Virus record (IMG/VR): IMGVR_UViG_3300025122_005335
Coordinates: 1-64,000 of that record
Source of the DNA: a virus
Length of the DNA: 64,000 nucleotides
Reading direction: 5' to 3' (one strand)
Below, in pieces: positions 36,354 through 44,483 of the stretch. The notes under the pieces were generated by a model, which saw nothing but the letters and a program-made list of their open reading frames with translations, had not been told where the DNA came from and did not search any database. Both the position numbers and the translations under genes were made by a program. Within the stretch, counting starts at the first letter, position 1. The number at the start of each line of letters is the position of its first letter.

Positions 36354-37436
36354 CTATATACTTGAATGATCAACAAGCGATTCTTGGTTGATTTGATCCC
36401 AAATCCAATCGTACGTCTGTTGTATGCCTTTAATAAGAGGATAGTGTGGTGACCAATCGAGTTTTTCTTGAATAAGTTTGTTGTCACTATTTCTGCCTCT
36501 TACTCCTAGTGGCCCTTCAATATATTTTCTACCTAATTTTTTACCGGCTACGGTTTCTGCAGTTTCTACTAATGCGTTAATAGTCACCATTTCATCTGAT
36601 CCTAAATTTACTGGACCTGACCAGTCTGACTCCATCAATTTTCTTATACCATTAATACATTCATCTATATATAGAAAGGAACGTGTTTGTGTACCGTCAC
36701 CCCATATTTCGATATCTTCGCCTTCTTTGGCTAACGCCACTTTTCTGCAAATAGCAGCTGGAGCTTTTTCTCTACCACCTTTCCACGTACCTTTAGGACC
36801 ATAAATGTTATGAAATCTAGCAATACGAACAGGTATATTGTAATTTCGTTCATATGCTAGATAGAGCCTTTCGGAAAATAACTTCTCCCAACCGTATTCG
36901 CTATCAGGTGCAGCAGGGTATGCTGAACTTTCTTCACAATTAGGATTATCAGCATCTAATTGATTGTGTTCAGGGTACATACATGCAGAACTGCTATAAA
37001 AAATCTTAGTTGTTACCTGTTCATATGGCATAACTCGAGAATCATTATACCAGGGGGTTTTAACAAATTGGTTAAGCCGGTTGATTGCATCTAGGATATG
37101 TAAATTAATAGTTGCTGAGTTTCTCATAACGTTTGCATCATGCTCACCGGTAAAAATATACCCGGCACCACCCATATCAGCAGCTAGCTGATATATTTCA
37201 TCAAATTGCCCTTGATATTGTTTCGGTACTGTACCATAATAGCTCCCTGTTCTAATACATCTTTCAACTATATCTTTTTCTGTTAAATCCCCTGTAATAA
37301 ATTCATCGGCTTCTGATTTTCCGTAATCTGGGTGTTTAAGATCTACACCACGTACCCAATAACCTTCTTTTTTAAGCCTACTTACAAGATGGTTACCAAT
37401 AAACCCACCTGCTCCACATACTAAAGCTGTCTTCAT
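36354..37436 (-). CDS. NAD-dependent epimerase, GDP-mannose 3,5-epimerase-like
   Basis: GAGGFIG, LAADMGGAG, YSSSACMYP, YGWEK, GGREKAPAAICRK, GVRGRNSDN. Confidence 0.9.
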   Translation of the reverse strand: MKTALVCGAGGFIGNHLVSRLKKEGYWVRGVDLKHPDYGKSEADEFITGDLTEKDIVERCIRTGSYYGTVPKQYQGQFDEIYQLAADMGGAGYIFTGEHDANVMRNSATINLHILDAINRLNQFVKTPWYNDSRVMPYEQVTTKIFYSSSACMYPEHNQLDADNPNCEESSAYPAAPDSEYGWEKLFSERLYLAYERNYNIPVRIARFHNIYGPKGTWKGGREKAPAAICRKVALAKEGEDIEIWGDGTQTRSFLYIDECINGIRKLMESDWSGPVNLGSDEMVTINALVETAETVAGKKLGRKYIEGPLGVRGRNSDNKLIQEKLDWSPHYPLIKGIQQTYDWIWDQINQESLVDHSSI

Positions 37437-37466
37437 ACAACTATTATATTATTTTAAATTTAGATA

Positions 37467-38066
37467 TCAACTAAATTTTGTAGAAGCAATCATTACATGA
37501 TCAGGAGTAGCAGTAGATATAAATTCAAATTTATAATCTGGGTTTATATCTTTTAATTTATTTTTAACAAGTGGTATTTCAGAAGCTCGTAGAAATGTTG
37601 GTATATCATCCATAATAATTGTACTTGTTTTATTTTTAAATAACGTTTTTATAAGATCTAATTCTTCATTTAAAGGTATACCACCACCTTCGTCATGTGC
37701 ATCGAGCCAAAAAGTAGCATCGGTATCAATTTTAGGTAGTAATTTTGTTAAAAATTGTACTGAACTACACTTATAAATCTCAACACACTCGGGTTTAACA
37801 ATTTTATCATTATCAACCATTTCACTAATGAGATTGCTACAATAATCTACCCTATATCCAAATATATCACATGAATAAAGTTTTGTATAACCAGCATTAA
37901 TAGCGCTAGTTAAACCAATACCTTTGTGACACCCTGTCTCTATAAAAGTGTTGCTTTCAGATTTATATTTTTTAAAAAAATCAAATTGTTTTTTGTTATT
38001 ATCCTCTAATGTTTCTCTATAATCGTTCATATTAATTAAAAATTGCAAAGGGGTTACTATCTTCAA
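37467..38066 (-). CDS. Class I SAM methyltransferase-like protein
   Basis: FIETG...G, FWLDAH and IMDD motifs. Confidence 0.6.
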   Translation of the reverse strand: MKIVTPLQFLINMNDYRETLEDNNKKQFDFFKKYKSESNTFIETGCHKGIGLTSAINAGYTKLYSCDIFGYRVDYCSNLISEMVDNDKIVKPECVEIYKCSSVQFLTKLLPKIDTDATFWLDAHDEGGGIPLNEELDLIKTLFKNKTSTIIMDDIPTFLRASEIPLVKNKLKDINPDYKFEFISTATPDHVMIASTKFS

Positions 38067-38706
38067 ATTTTACTATTTCAATAACCCCATATCCTGGATT
38101 ATGTTTACTAGCATATCTTTCAAAGAACATTTGATATGCCCACCCATCAAGTAGTGGTTTGCTACCTTCAAATTGTACAGATGAAAATGTGTCTCCTTTT
38201 GTAAATAATGTACTGCCGTTTTTGGTTAAAAAAAGCTTACTATTTTCTTCATCCCATACCCAACATGCATGAGTCCCCTTAAATGCTGAAAATGTTTCAT
38301 AAAATATTTCATGATCTTCTTCAGGTGGAATCGGTAATAGGTCTAATTGTTCCATATATGCTGCTATATATGAACTATCTACTTCTTTGGTATCTGTTGA
38401 TTCTACCACTTCTGTATAATTCGTAAGAACCCCATTGTGAGCAACATACCACCTACCATAATGAAATGGATGTGAAGTATTTTCACTATATTTTCTAACT
38501 GAGTTAGTTGGAGCTTGATCATGTGCAAGATAATAATCCCAATCTTCTTGATATAGTAAGTCTAAATCTACTAATTTGTTTTTAAAAACAAATATATCAT
38601 GATTTTTTATACCGCAAAAGCTGAAAGCAAACCCACCTCGATCTTTATTGAGTTCATATAATTTAATAAATTCTTCTCGAGATGCTGTACCATAAATTGC
38701 GCACAT
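38032..38706 (-). CDS. Class II (Ntn) glutamine amidotransferase, stand-alone
   Basis: MCAIYG catalytic Cys2, RG, HDQAPT, SHPF, HNGVL, VDS. Confidence 0.85.
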   Translation of the reverse strand: MCAIYGTASREEFIKLYELNKDRGGFAFSFCGIKNHDIFVFKNKLVDLDLLYQEDWDYYLAHDQAPTNSVRKYSENTSHPFHYGRWYVAHNGVLTNYTEVVESTDTKEVDSSYIAAYMEQLDLLPIPPEEDHEIFYETFSAFKGTHACWVWDEENSKLFLTKNGSTLFTKGDTFSSVQFEGSKPLLDGWAYQMFFERYASKHNPGYGVIEIVKFEDSNPFAIFN

Positions 38707-38743
38707 ATGTTTATATTATATAGTATTGAATAAATATTTCAAT

Positions 38744-39295
38744 ATGAAAGATCAGGATACCCAATTTCTTTATGAATCTTATCAAAAAACAATAATAGAA
38801 GGTCGGAAAAAACAATTTACAGATAGGGTAAGAAAAACCTTGGTAGATCCGGATACTGGTGAAGAAAGAAAAGAGTCTTATTATGAAATGATGATGAGGA
38901 TAAAGGGTATCCGAGGTGGTGGTGGAGCAAGAAGTAGAGCTACTAGATTCAAAAAAGCAGTATCTAAAGATAAAGTTGCTTTAGGAAAACGTAAATTTAA
39001 GGTTGCAGACAAGGCTTACGAAACACCATTAAAAGGTTTACAAAAAAATGTAGTAAGTTTTGTAGAGATTAGGCCCTCTACTGCAAAAGAAATTTTAGAT
39101 TTTTTATCAAAAATAGAAGATAAAAAAGAAGCAGAGAGAGTTCTAAAAGATATGATCTTAGACGGGTTTTTAGATGAAGTTTTTAAAGATGAAGAAGCCC
39201 CAGAACCTGAAGTGGATCCTGATAAATTAGGTGAAATTGAAGCGTTTCATGATCCTGCTGGCCCTGAAGCCGTTGATGATTTAGAAGATTATTGA
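38744..39295 (+). CDS. Late protein with a winged-helix-like segment; start 38744
   Basis: TAAATA-N7-ATG; MKDQDTQFLYESY tag; STAKEILDFL...AERVLKDMILDGFL. Confidence 0.6.
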   Translation: MKDQDTQFLYESYQKTIIEGRKKQFTDRVRKTLVDPDTGEERKESYYEMMMRIKGIRGGGGARSRATRFKKAVSKDKVALGKRKFKVADKAYETPLKGLQKNVVSFVEIRPSTAKEILDFLSKIEDKKEAERVLKDMILDGFLDEVFKDEEAPEPEVDPDKLGEIEAFHDPAGPEAVDDLEDY

Positions 39296-39939
39296 AAAAA
39301 TTCCATATTGTGTTCTTTAGCATCTGGCATATCGTTATATCGGCCTTCATATTCAAAATTACACTCTAAATCAATATTACTTGCAAATAATGTTCCTGGG
39401 TTTATAGTGGGCCAGGTGTCGTAAACAAATTCAAAGTTTTTATTTACAAAATCTAAGAGCCAAGGTTTAAATCTATGCATATGCTCACTATCATGTAATA
39501 TTATACAATCACATCTACCCGCCGATTCTTTAACCCAATTAGCTCTATTATCATAACCACCTGTATCAACAAAAATTAAATCGTAAAAACTTTCTATTTT
39601 TTTATAGTATGGTGTACCTTTAACAAAAATACTTTGAGTTTCTAAAGTAATTTTATAATTTTCATTTTCATATTTTTTCTTCATATTGTCATACCAATAT
39701 GCTGGTGGGCTATTAAAATACTCAATACCCCAAACTTTTGCTTTACCGTTTTTTGTTAGATAACAAAAATAACTACTGCTACCATCACCGGTTCCACATT
39801 CTAAAATATTAAGTTTTTGATTGTTTTTATTTTTATATAAAAATTCTACAATATACTTTAAAAAGGGTATATGAGAAGAATATGCAGTATTGTTTGCATA
39901 ACCGGTTTTTGATAATTCTTCTTTGTTAAAAACATGCAT
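39289..39939 (-). CDS. Class I SAM-dependent methyltransferase-like protein
   Basis: ILECGTGDGSS, YDLIFVD, ILHDSE. Confidence 0.7.
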   Translation of the reverse strand: MHVFNKEELSKTGYANNTAYSSHIPFLKYIVEFLYKNKNNQKLNILECGTGDGSSSYFCYLTKNGKAKVWGIEYFNSPPAYWYDNMKKKYENENYKITLETQSIFVKGTPYYKKIESFYDLIFVDTGGYDNRANWVKESAGRCDCIILHDSEHMHRFKPWLLDFVNKNFEFVYDTWPTINPGTLFASNIDLECNFEYEGRYNDMPDAKEHNMEFFQ

Positions 39940-40733
39940 TAAGGGCCCCTAGTGCCTTCTCTACTTAAAAACACTTCTTCTGGGAAAGGGACACATTTGT
40001 TTTGTTTCCAAAATTCTGTTAAATCTTGGTTATATGGTTGAGGGTCAATATAACCTGCATCGGCAAACCCTTTAATTCTTAAACTACTGCTTGGGGTTGA
40101 TGCATCAGCAATTTCGTCACCACTATAACAGGTGTATGTATATTTGTAATCAACTTTACTTGATGCTCCATACTCTACAATTGCTTTTTTGTCCATTGCT
40201 AAAAGAGGACACATAAGTTTGATTTGTTCTTTTCTATTCAAATCGATTAATGCTTGAAATTGCTCCCTAAATTGTTCACTACCATCCCAATAACCAGCAA
40301 GACTATCTACTTGAGTTGCTCCATGATATACGGTATCGGCACCAATTGATTCAGCATGTGCACATGCAATAGATAAAAATATTTGATTTCTAAATGGAAC
40401 ATAACTTACTGGTTGTGCTTCACCTATCATATCTTTTACATCTGGATTTTCTATTTCTTCATTAGTTAGTGAACTGGTTGTTATTAGTTCTTTCAAAAAG
40501 GTTACATCTATAATTTTATGATATATTTTTGTATCTTCAAAATTATGACTAAAACTTACCAGTTTAGCATGTTCAATTTGAATTTTAGCACATTCTATTT
40601 CACGTTTATGACGTTGGCCATAATCGAAAGTAATGCAATGTAATTCTCCTGAATTAAATTGAGCCATTCTTAGCATTGCAGCACTATCCATACCACCACT
40701 AAAAATCATTACACTTTTGTTTTTGTTAGACAT
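39939..40733 (-). CDS. queC: 7-cyano-7-deazaguanine synthase (Zn-site variant)
   Basis: FSGGMDS, FDYGQRH, SSLT, YVPFRNQIFLSIA, PLL...K, TYTCY. Confidence 0.9.
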   Translation of the reverse strand: MSNKNKSVMIFSGGMDSAAMLRMAQFNSGELHCITFDYGQRHKREIECAKIQIEHAKLVSFSHNFEDTKIYHKIIDVTFLKELITTSSLTNEEIENPDVKDMIGEAQPVSYVPFRNQIFLSIACAHAESIGADTVYHGATQVDSLAGYWDGSEQFREQFQALIDLNRKEQIKLMCPLLAMDKKAIVEYGASSKVDYKYTYTCYSGDEIADASTPSSSLRIKGFADAGYIDPQPYNQDLTEFWKQNKCVPFPEEVFLSREGTRGP

Positions 40734-40751
40734 AACTATATGATATAATAG

Positions 40752-42356
40752 TTACCAATGTTTACCATAATAAAAATCTTCAATTATGAGATAATCCATT
40801 TGCGTTGATTCTAACACTTTAACAGCATCAGAAATTGTATTTAGAATAGGTTTACCGGCAATGTTAAATGAAGTATTCAATAACACCCCATGACCGGCAT
40901 GTTTATTAAATTGAGTTAACAAATCATATAGCCATTCATTTTGTTCTCTTGTTACTGTTTGTACTCTGGCAGTACCATCTATATGTGTGATGGAAGATAA
41001 TTTTTTTCTCCACTCTTTTTTTACTTTAGGACAATAAAGCATGTGTTTGGATTCCTCTTCCCATTCAAAATATTTGGATACATCTTCTAATCTTACAACA
41101 GGTGCAAATGGCCTGTACCATTCTCTATTTTTAACTTTAAAATTTAAAATATCTTTCATTTCAGGAAAAGCCGGGTTACAAAAAATAGATCTGTTACCTA
41201 ATGCTCTTGGCCCGTGTTCACATCTCCCTCTTGCGCAACCAAAAATTTTCCCGTTTGCTAATTCAGATGCTATAATACTAAGATCAACAGGTTTTGCAGA
41301 GTTACTTTCTATCCAAGCTGGGTAAGTGTTTATATCTAATAGTTCAGTACCACCGTAAGTTATATCTATTGGGGTCGCCGGTTTATTAAACCCGGCTAAT
41401 AACCCTAAAGCAATACCACAATCATTAGTATTAGGAGCAACAAAACTTGGTCTTTCAGGAAACATTTCTTTTATTTTTGTAGCAAGTAGAATATTAAGTC
41501 CACACCCACCTGTTATAATAATAGGTAAATCTTTATACTTTTCGATGTAAGGCATAGCTACTTCGAAAAAACAATCTTCGAAAGCTTGTTGTGATGTTGC
41601 TGCTACGTCCCAGCTAATTTCCTTTTCTAAACGTTTATTATCATCAAAAACTAAATTACAATTTTTCCCAATTATATCGGTTAATTTTCTAACGTAGTCT
41701 TCACCGTCTGGTTTTGCATAATAAAATTCTTTAAAATAAGGTAACCAGTCTTTTCTTACTTTACCGTAATTACAAAGACCCATAATTTTACCACTATAAA
41801 CTAAATTACCATCTGATATCCATTCTTGTTTAATATCTGGACAATAGTGAGCAAAACACATATATGGGAAACCGAAATCATGATCATAGTTATGACGGTC
41901 TGCAGGGTTGGTTTTATCTAAATAGCTTACACCGTCTTTTCTATCAGCTGTAAAAATATTAAAAAAGCCATCATTACCACCACCATCAAAACTAAAAATT
42001 ATTGCTTTTGAAAAATTAGATTGATAAAATGACCCACTAGCGTGTGCATGGTGATGCCAGCCTTCTAAAACATTTTTAGCAGGTATAAAATCTTTATAGC
42101 TGTAAGTTATATCATTATGCACACACTCTGTATTGATGTGTAATAGATTATCAAAAGGTGGTTCGTACCCTAATTCTTTTTCAATATATTGCAATATTGC
42201 ATAGACAGCTTCTTCTCTATTTGCTAGAGGTTTATATTGAGCTAACCCAATATTTTTTATGTTAAAAAATCGTTCAAATTCTATAACATAATATTCGCCG
42301 TTATCTTCAAGTACAATTGCTCCGTTATGCGAACCATAAATCGCAATATTAGCCAT
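40752..42356 (-). CDS. Carbamoyltransferase (NodU/CmcH family)
   Basis: ERF, HHHAHA, DGGG, GKIMGL, GGCGLN, EHGPRALGNRS, REWYRPFAP, HIDGTARVQTV, LNTSFN. Confidence 0.93.
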   Translation of the reverse strand: MANIAIYGSHNGAIVLEDNGEYYVIEFERFFNIKNIGLAQYKPLANREEAVYAILQYIEKELGYEPPFDNLLHINTECVHNDITYSYKDFIPAKNVLEGWHHHAHASGSFYQSNFSKAIIFSFDGGGNDGFFNIFTADRKDGVSYLDKTNPADRHNYDHDFGFPYMCFAHYCPDIKQEWISDGNLVYSGKIMGLCNYGKVRKDWLPYFKEFYYAKPDGEDYVRKLTDIIGKNCNLVFDDNKRLEKEISWDVAATSQQAFEDCFFEVAMPYIEKYKDLPIIITGGCGLNILLATKIKEMFPERPSFVAPNTNDCGIALGLLAGFNKPATPIDITYGGTELLDINTYPAWIESNSAKPVDLSIIASELANGKIFGCARGRCEHGPRALGNRSIFCNPAFPEMKDILNFKVKNREWYRPFAPVVRLEDVSKYFEWEEESKHMLYCPKVKKEWRKKLSSITHIDGTARVQTVTREQNEWLYDLLTQFNKHAGHGVLLNTSFNIAGKPILNTISDAVKVLESTQMDYLIIEDFYYGKHW

Positions 42357-42363
42357 AATGTTT

Positions 42364-43449
42364 TTATTTACCGTACTTATAGGCAGATTTCAACTTTTTA
42401 TCCAACTCAGGAATAATGAATTTTTCCCAAAGATCTATATCTTTTTTCCAAGTTTTATAGTAACCGATTTTATCTCCCGCTTTGAATTTATCATCCTTAC
42501 TCTCCATACCTATTTGATAGGTACTACCTGTCTGCGTTAGTATCCCATGATTAACAGCCATGTCTCGTAACCCGCTATACCTATCTAAGCCAGTTTTAAA
42601 ATTGAGGTAAATTTCAGCCTGTAAAAATGGTGGTACAAATCGATTTTTTGTGGTTAAAAATCTTAATGTAGCACCCGAGTAGTTGCGAGCTTCTGCTAGA
42701 ATCTCGTCATCTTCATTAGAAGCGTCTTGTCTTTCTTTTTTATTAGCCAATTGTACTAGTACACTAGCCATATACTGTGGGCCGCTTCCACCGGAAGCTG
42801 TTTTTACTAGGGTAGGGTGTAAAGCACCTGGGTTGTCATATGTATGATTACTAAACAAAATTGTCGTACCAGATAGACCAGCTTTATATGTAAGTATTCT
42901 CATCATAGATTTGAGTTGTTTAGCTCTTAGCCCCATATCCATGGCACTTTTATCTTTTGCTGCATCTTCTACTTCTTTTTGTGATGCTAAATTACCTAAA
43001 GAATCAATACTTATAATAAATTTTCCTTGTAACCCCTTTTCAATAATGCTGTCTAATAAAGCCACAACTTGATTTCGGCATTGCTCAACGGTATATACAG
43101 GGACGTATTTTGTTTTAGTTGCATCTAACCCTACCCCTTCTGAGCTTTCTTTATCTACGGCAAATTCGGTATCAAATATAATAGGGTGCAAACCCATTTT
43201 TTGAGCATTACCTAAAATCTTATTAATAATGTATGTTTTGCCAGATTGTGAAGGCCCTGAAAACCCAACCAACCTTCCTTTCGGTACCCCACCTTCACGA
43301 CACGAACCACCAATGATTGCATTCAATGCATAACACCCTGTATCATACCAAGTATCCACATTTGATAGTGCATTTTCACTCAAATATGTCGCTTCAGGAT
43401 TTAATTTATTTAAACTTGCAAATACGCTTTCTATATCATCTTTAGCCAT
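42364..43449 (-). CDS. uvsX: RecA-like recombinase
   Basis: DTGCYALN, GPSQSGKT, FDTE, IDSLGNL, DMGLRAK, NHTY, KNRF. Confidence 0.92.
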   Translation of the reverse strand: MAKDDIESVFASLNKLNPEATYLSENALSNVDTWYDTGCYALNAIIGGSCREGGVPKGRLVGFSGPSQSGKTYIINKILGNAQKMGLHPIIFDTEFAVDKESSEGVGLDATKTKYVPVYTVEQCRNQVVALLDSIIEKGLQGKFIISIDSLGNLASQKEVEDAAKDKSAMDMGLRAKQLKSMMRILTYKAGLSGTTILFSNHTYDNPGALHPTLVKTASGGSGPQYMASVLVQLANKKERQDASNEDDEILAEARNYSGATLRFLTTKNRFVPPFLQAEIYLNFKTGLDRYSGLRDMAVNHGILTQTGSTYQIGMESKDDKFKAGDKIGYYKTWKKDIDLWEKFIIPELDKKLKSAYKYGK

Positions 43450-43485
43450 TCACATATTATAATTTATAATACATTATTTTCAAGT

Positions 43486-43511
43486 AAAAAAAAGCGCCCT
43501 TTCGGGCGCTT
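43486..43511 (-). terminator. Intrinsic terminator
   Basis: GCGCCC-GAAA-GGGCGC followed by U8 on the - strand. Confidence 0.88.
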
Positions 43512-43524
43512 ACCAACATTTTAA

Positions 43525-43893
43525 TTAATCATCAAACAATTTTACCACCTCAGGTTCGTCGGGTGTATCCGTATCCACCTGAGCGTCGGGTGCAGTAAGG
43601 GTTGTTATAATCGTATCATATTGGGTTTTTAGTTTACCGTCTAAATGATCAGCACAGTCACTATCCACTATAGTGGCTTTATTGAACGTCCAGGTTGTAC
43701 CGGCATCTCGTCCTTCGGGGGTTAGAAATTCTCTAAAAAACATGGGCACTGTTTGTACTTGAAGTTGACTTTGTTCATTAGGCTGTACAAAAATGGTACA
43801 AGGGTTTTTAATTTTTAAAGCTGTATCTGTGTCTTCCACCACTTCACCGATAATGGTACGCCCGACTGAATCTACAAAAATCTTAAGGTTCAT
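43525..43893 (-). CDS. Hypothetical protein (Sm-like beta pattern)
   Basis: TIIGEV...KIKNP pattern seen in T4-like phage small proteins. Confidence 0.55.
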   Translation of the reverse strand: MNLKIFVDSVGRTIIGEVVEDTDTALKIKNPCTIFVQPNEQSQLQVQTVPMFFREFLTPEGRDAGTTWTFNKATIVDSDCADHLDGKLKTQYDTIITTLTAPDAQVDTDTPDEPEVVKLFDD

Positions 43894-43922
43894 AACAATA
43901 TTTTATTTTAATCTAAATTAAA

Positions 43923-44483
43923 TCAACTAGTAATTATTCTGTCGTCATACTCAATAACTCCTTTATCATCACGATACTTCGCAATCTCATTACCACGATA
44001 GTCCCAAAAGTTCTTATGCTCAGCATCAGAAATAGAATCTTTGTAACAGTCTGTAAAACAATTAGGAGTCTCATACAATCTAATATGATCAATCCACAAG
44101 TGCTGATATGGAGCAAACAAAATATTTTGAGCTAGGAACACTTCTTTAACTAAATTCTCTACTGATGGGTTACAATATTCTTCACCACCACTTAGTGACA
44201 TTTTATACAACTTACTATCTACACTAGCAGCGGCATCAATTAAAAGAGTATCTTTAGGATTTAAAATAGCTCCATGATCTAAAATATCATCAATCCATTG
44301 ACAACCTACACGCTTAATCTCTTTAAAATCAATAGCGTAACCAATATCTTCCATCTGACTAAAACCAAATGTTAATTCAAATAGGTACGTATGCCCATGC
44401 ACATTAAAACATTTCATACGCTCATTCATCACTCGATGCATTGAATCAAATGTCCCTTTTCTTGTTATTGTTTGTTTACTCAT
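43923..44483 (-). CDS. queD: 6-carboxy-5,6,7,8-tetrahydropterin synthase
   Basis: FDSMHR, CFNVHGHTY (CxxxHGH), IDF, LDH, NPSVEN, LYETP; overlaps the gp43 stop. Confidence 0.9.
   Translation of the reverse strand: MSKQTITRKGTFDSMHRVMNERMKCFNVHGHTYLFELTFGFSQMEDIGYAIDFKEIKRVGCQWIDDILDHGAILNPKDTLLIDAAASVDSKLYKMSLSGGEEYCNPSVENLVKEVFLAQNILFAPYQHLWIDHIRLYETPNCFTDCYKDSISDAEHKNFWDYRGNEIAKYRDDKGVIEYDDRIITS

Noticed and set aside
38032-40733. QatABCD or type IV CBASS defence system
   Set aside because: No QatA ATPase, TatD nuclease or CD-NTase nearby; the amidotransferase has a canonical catalytic Cys2, and queD is present, which fits preQ0-type biosynthesis.
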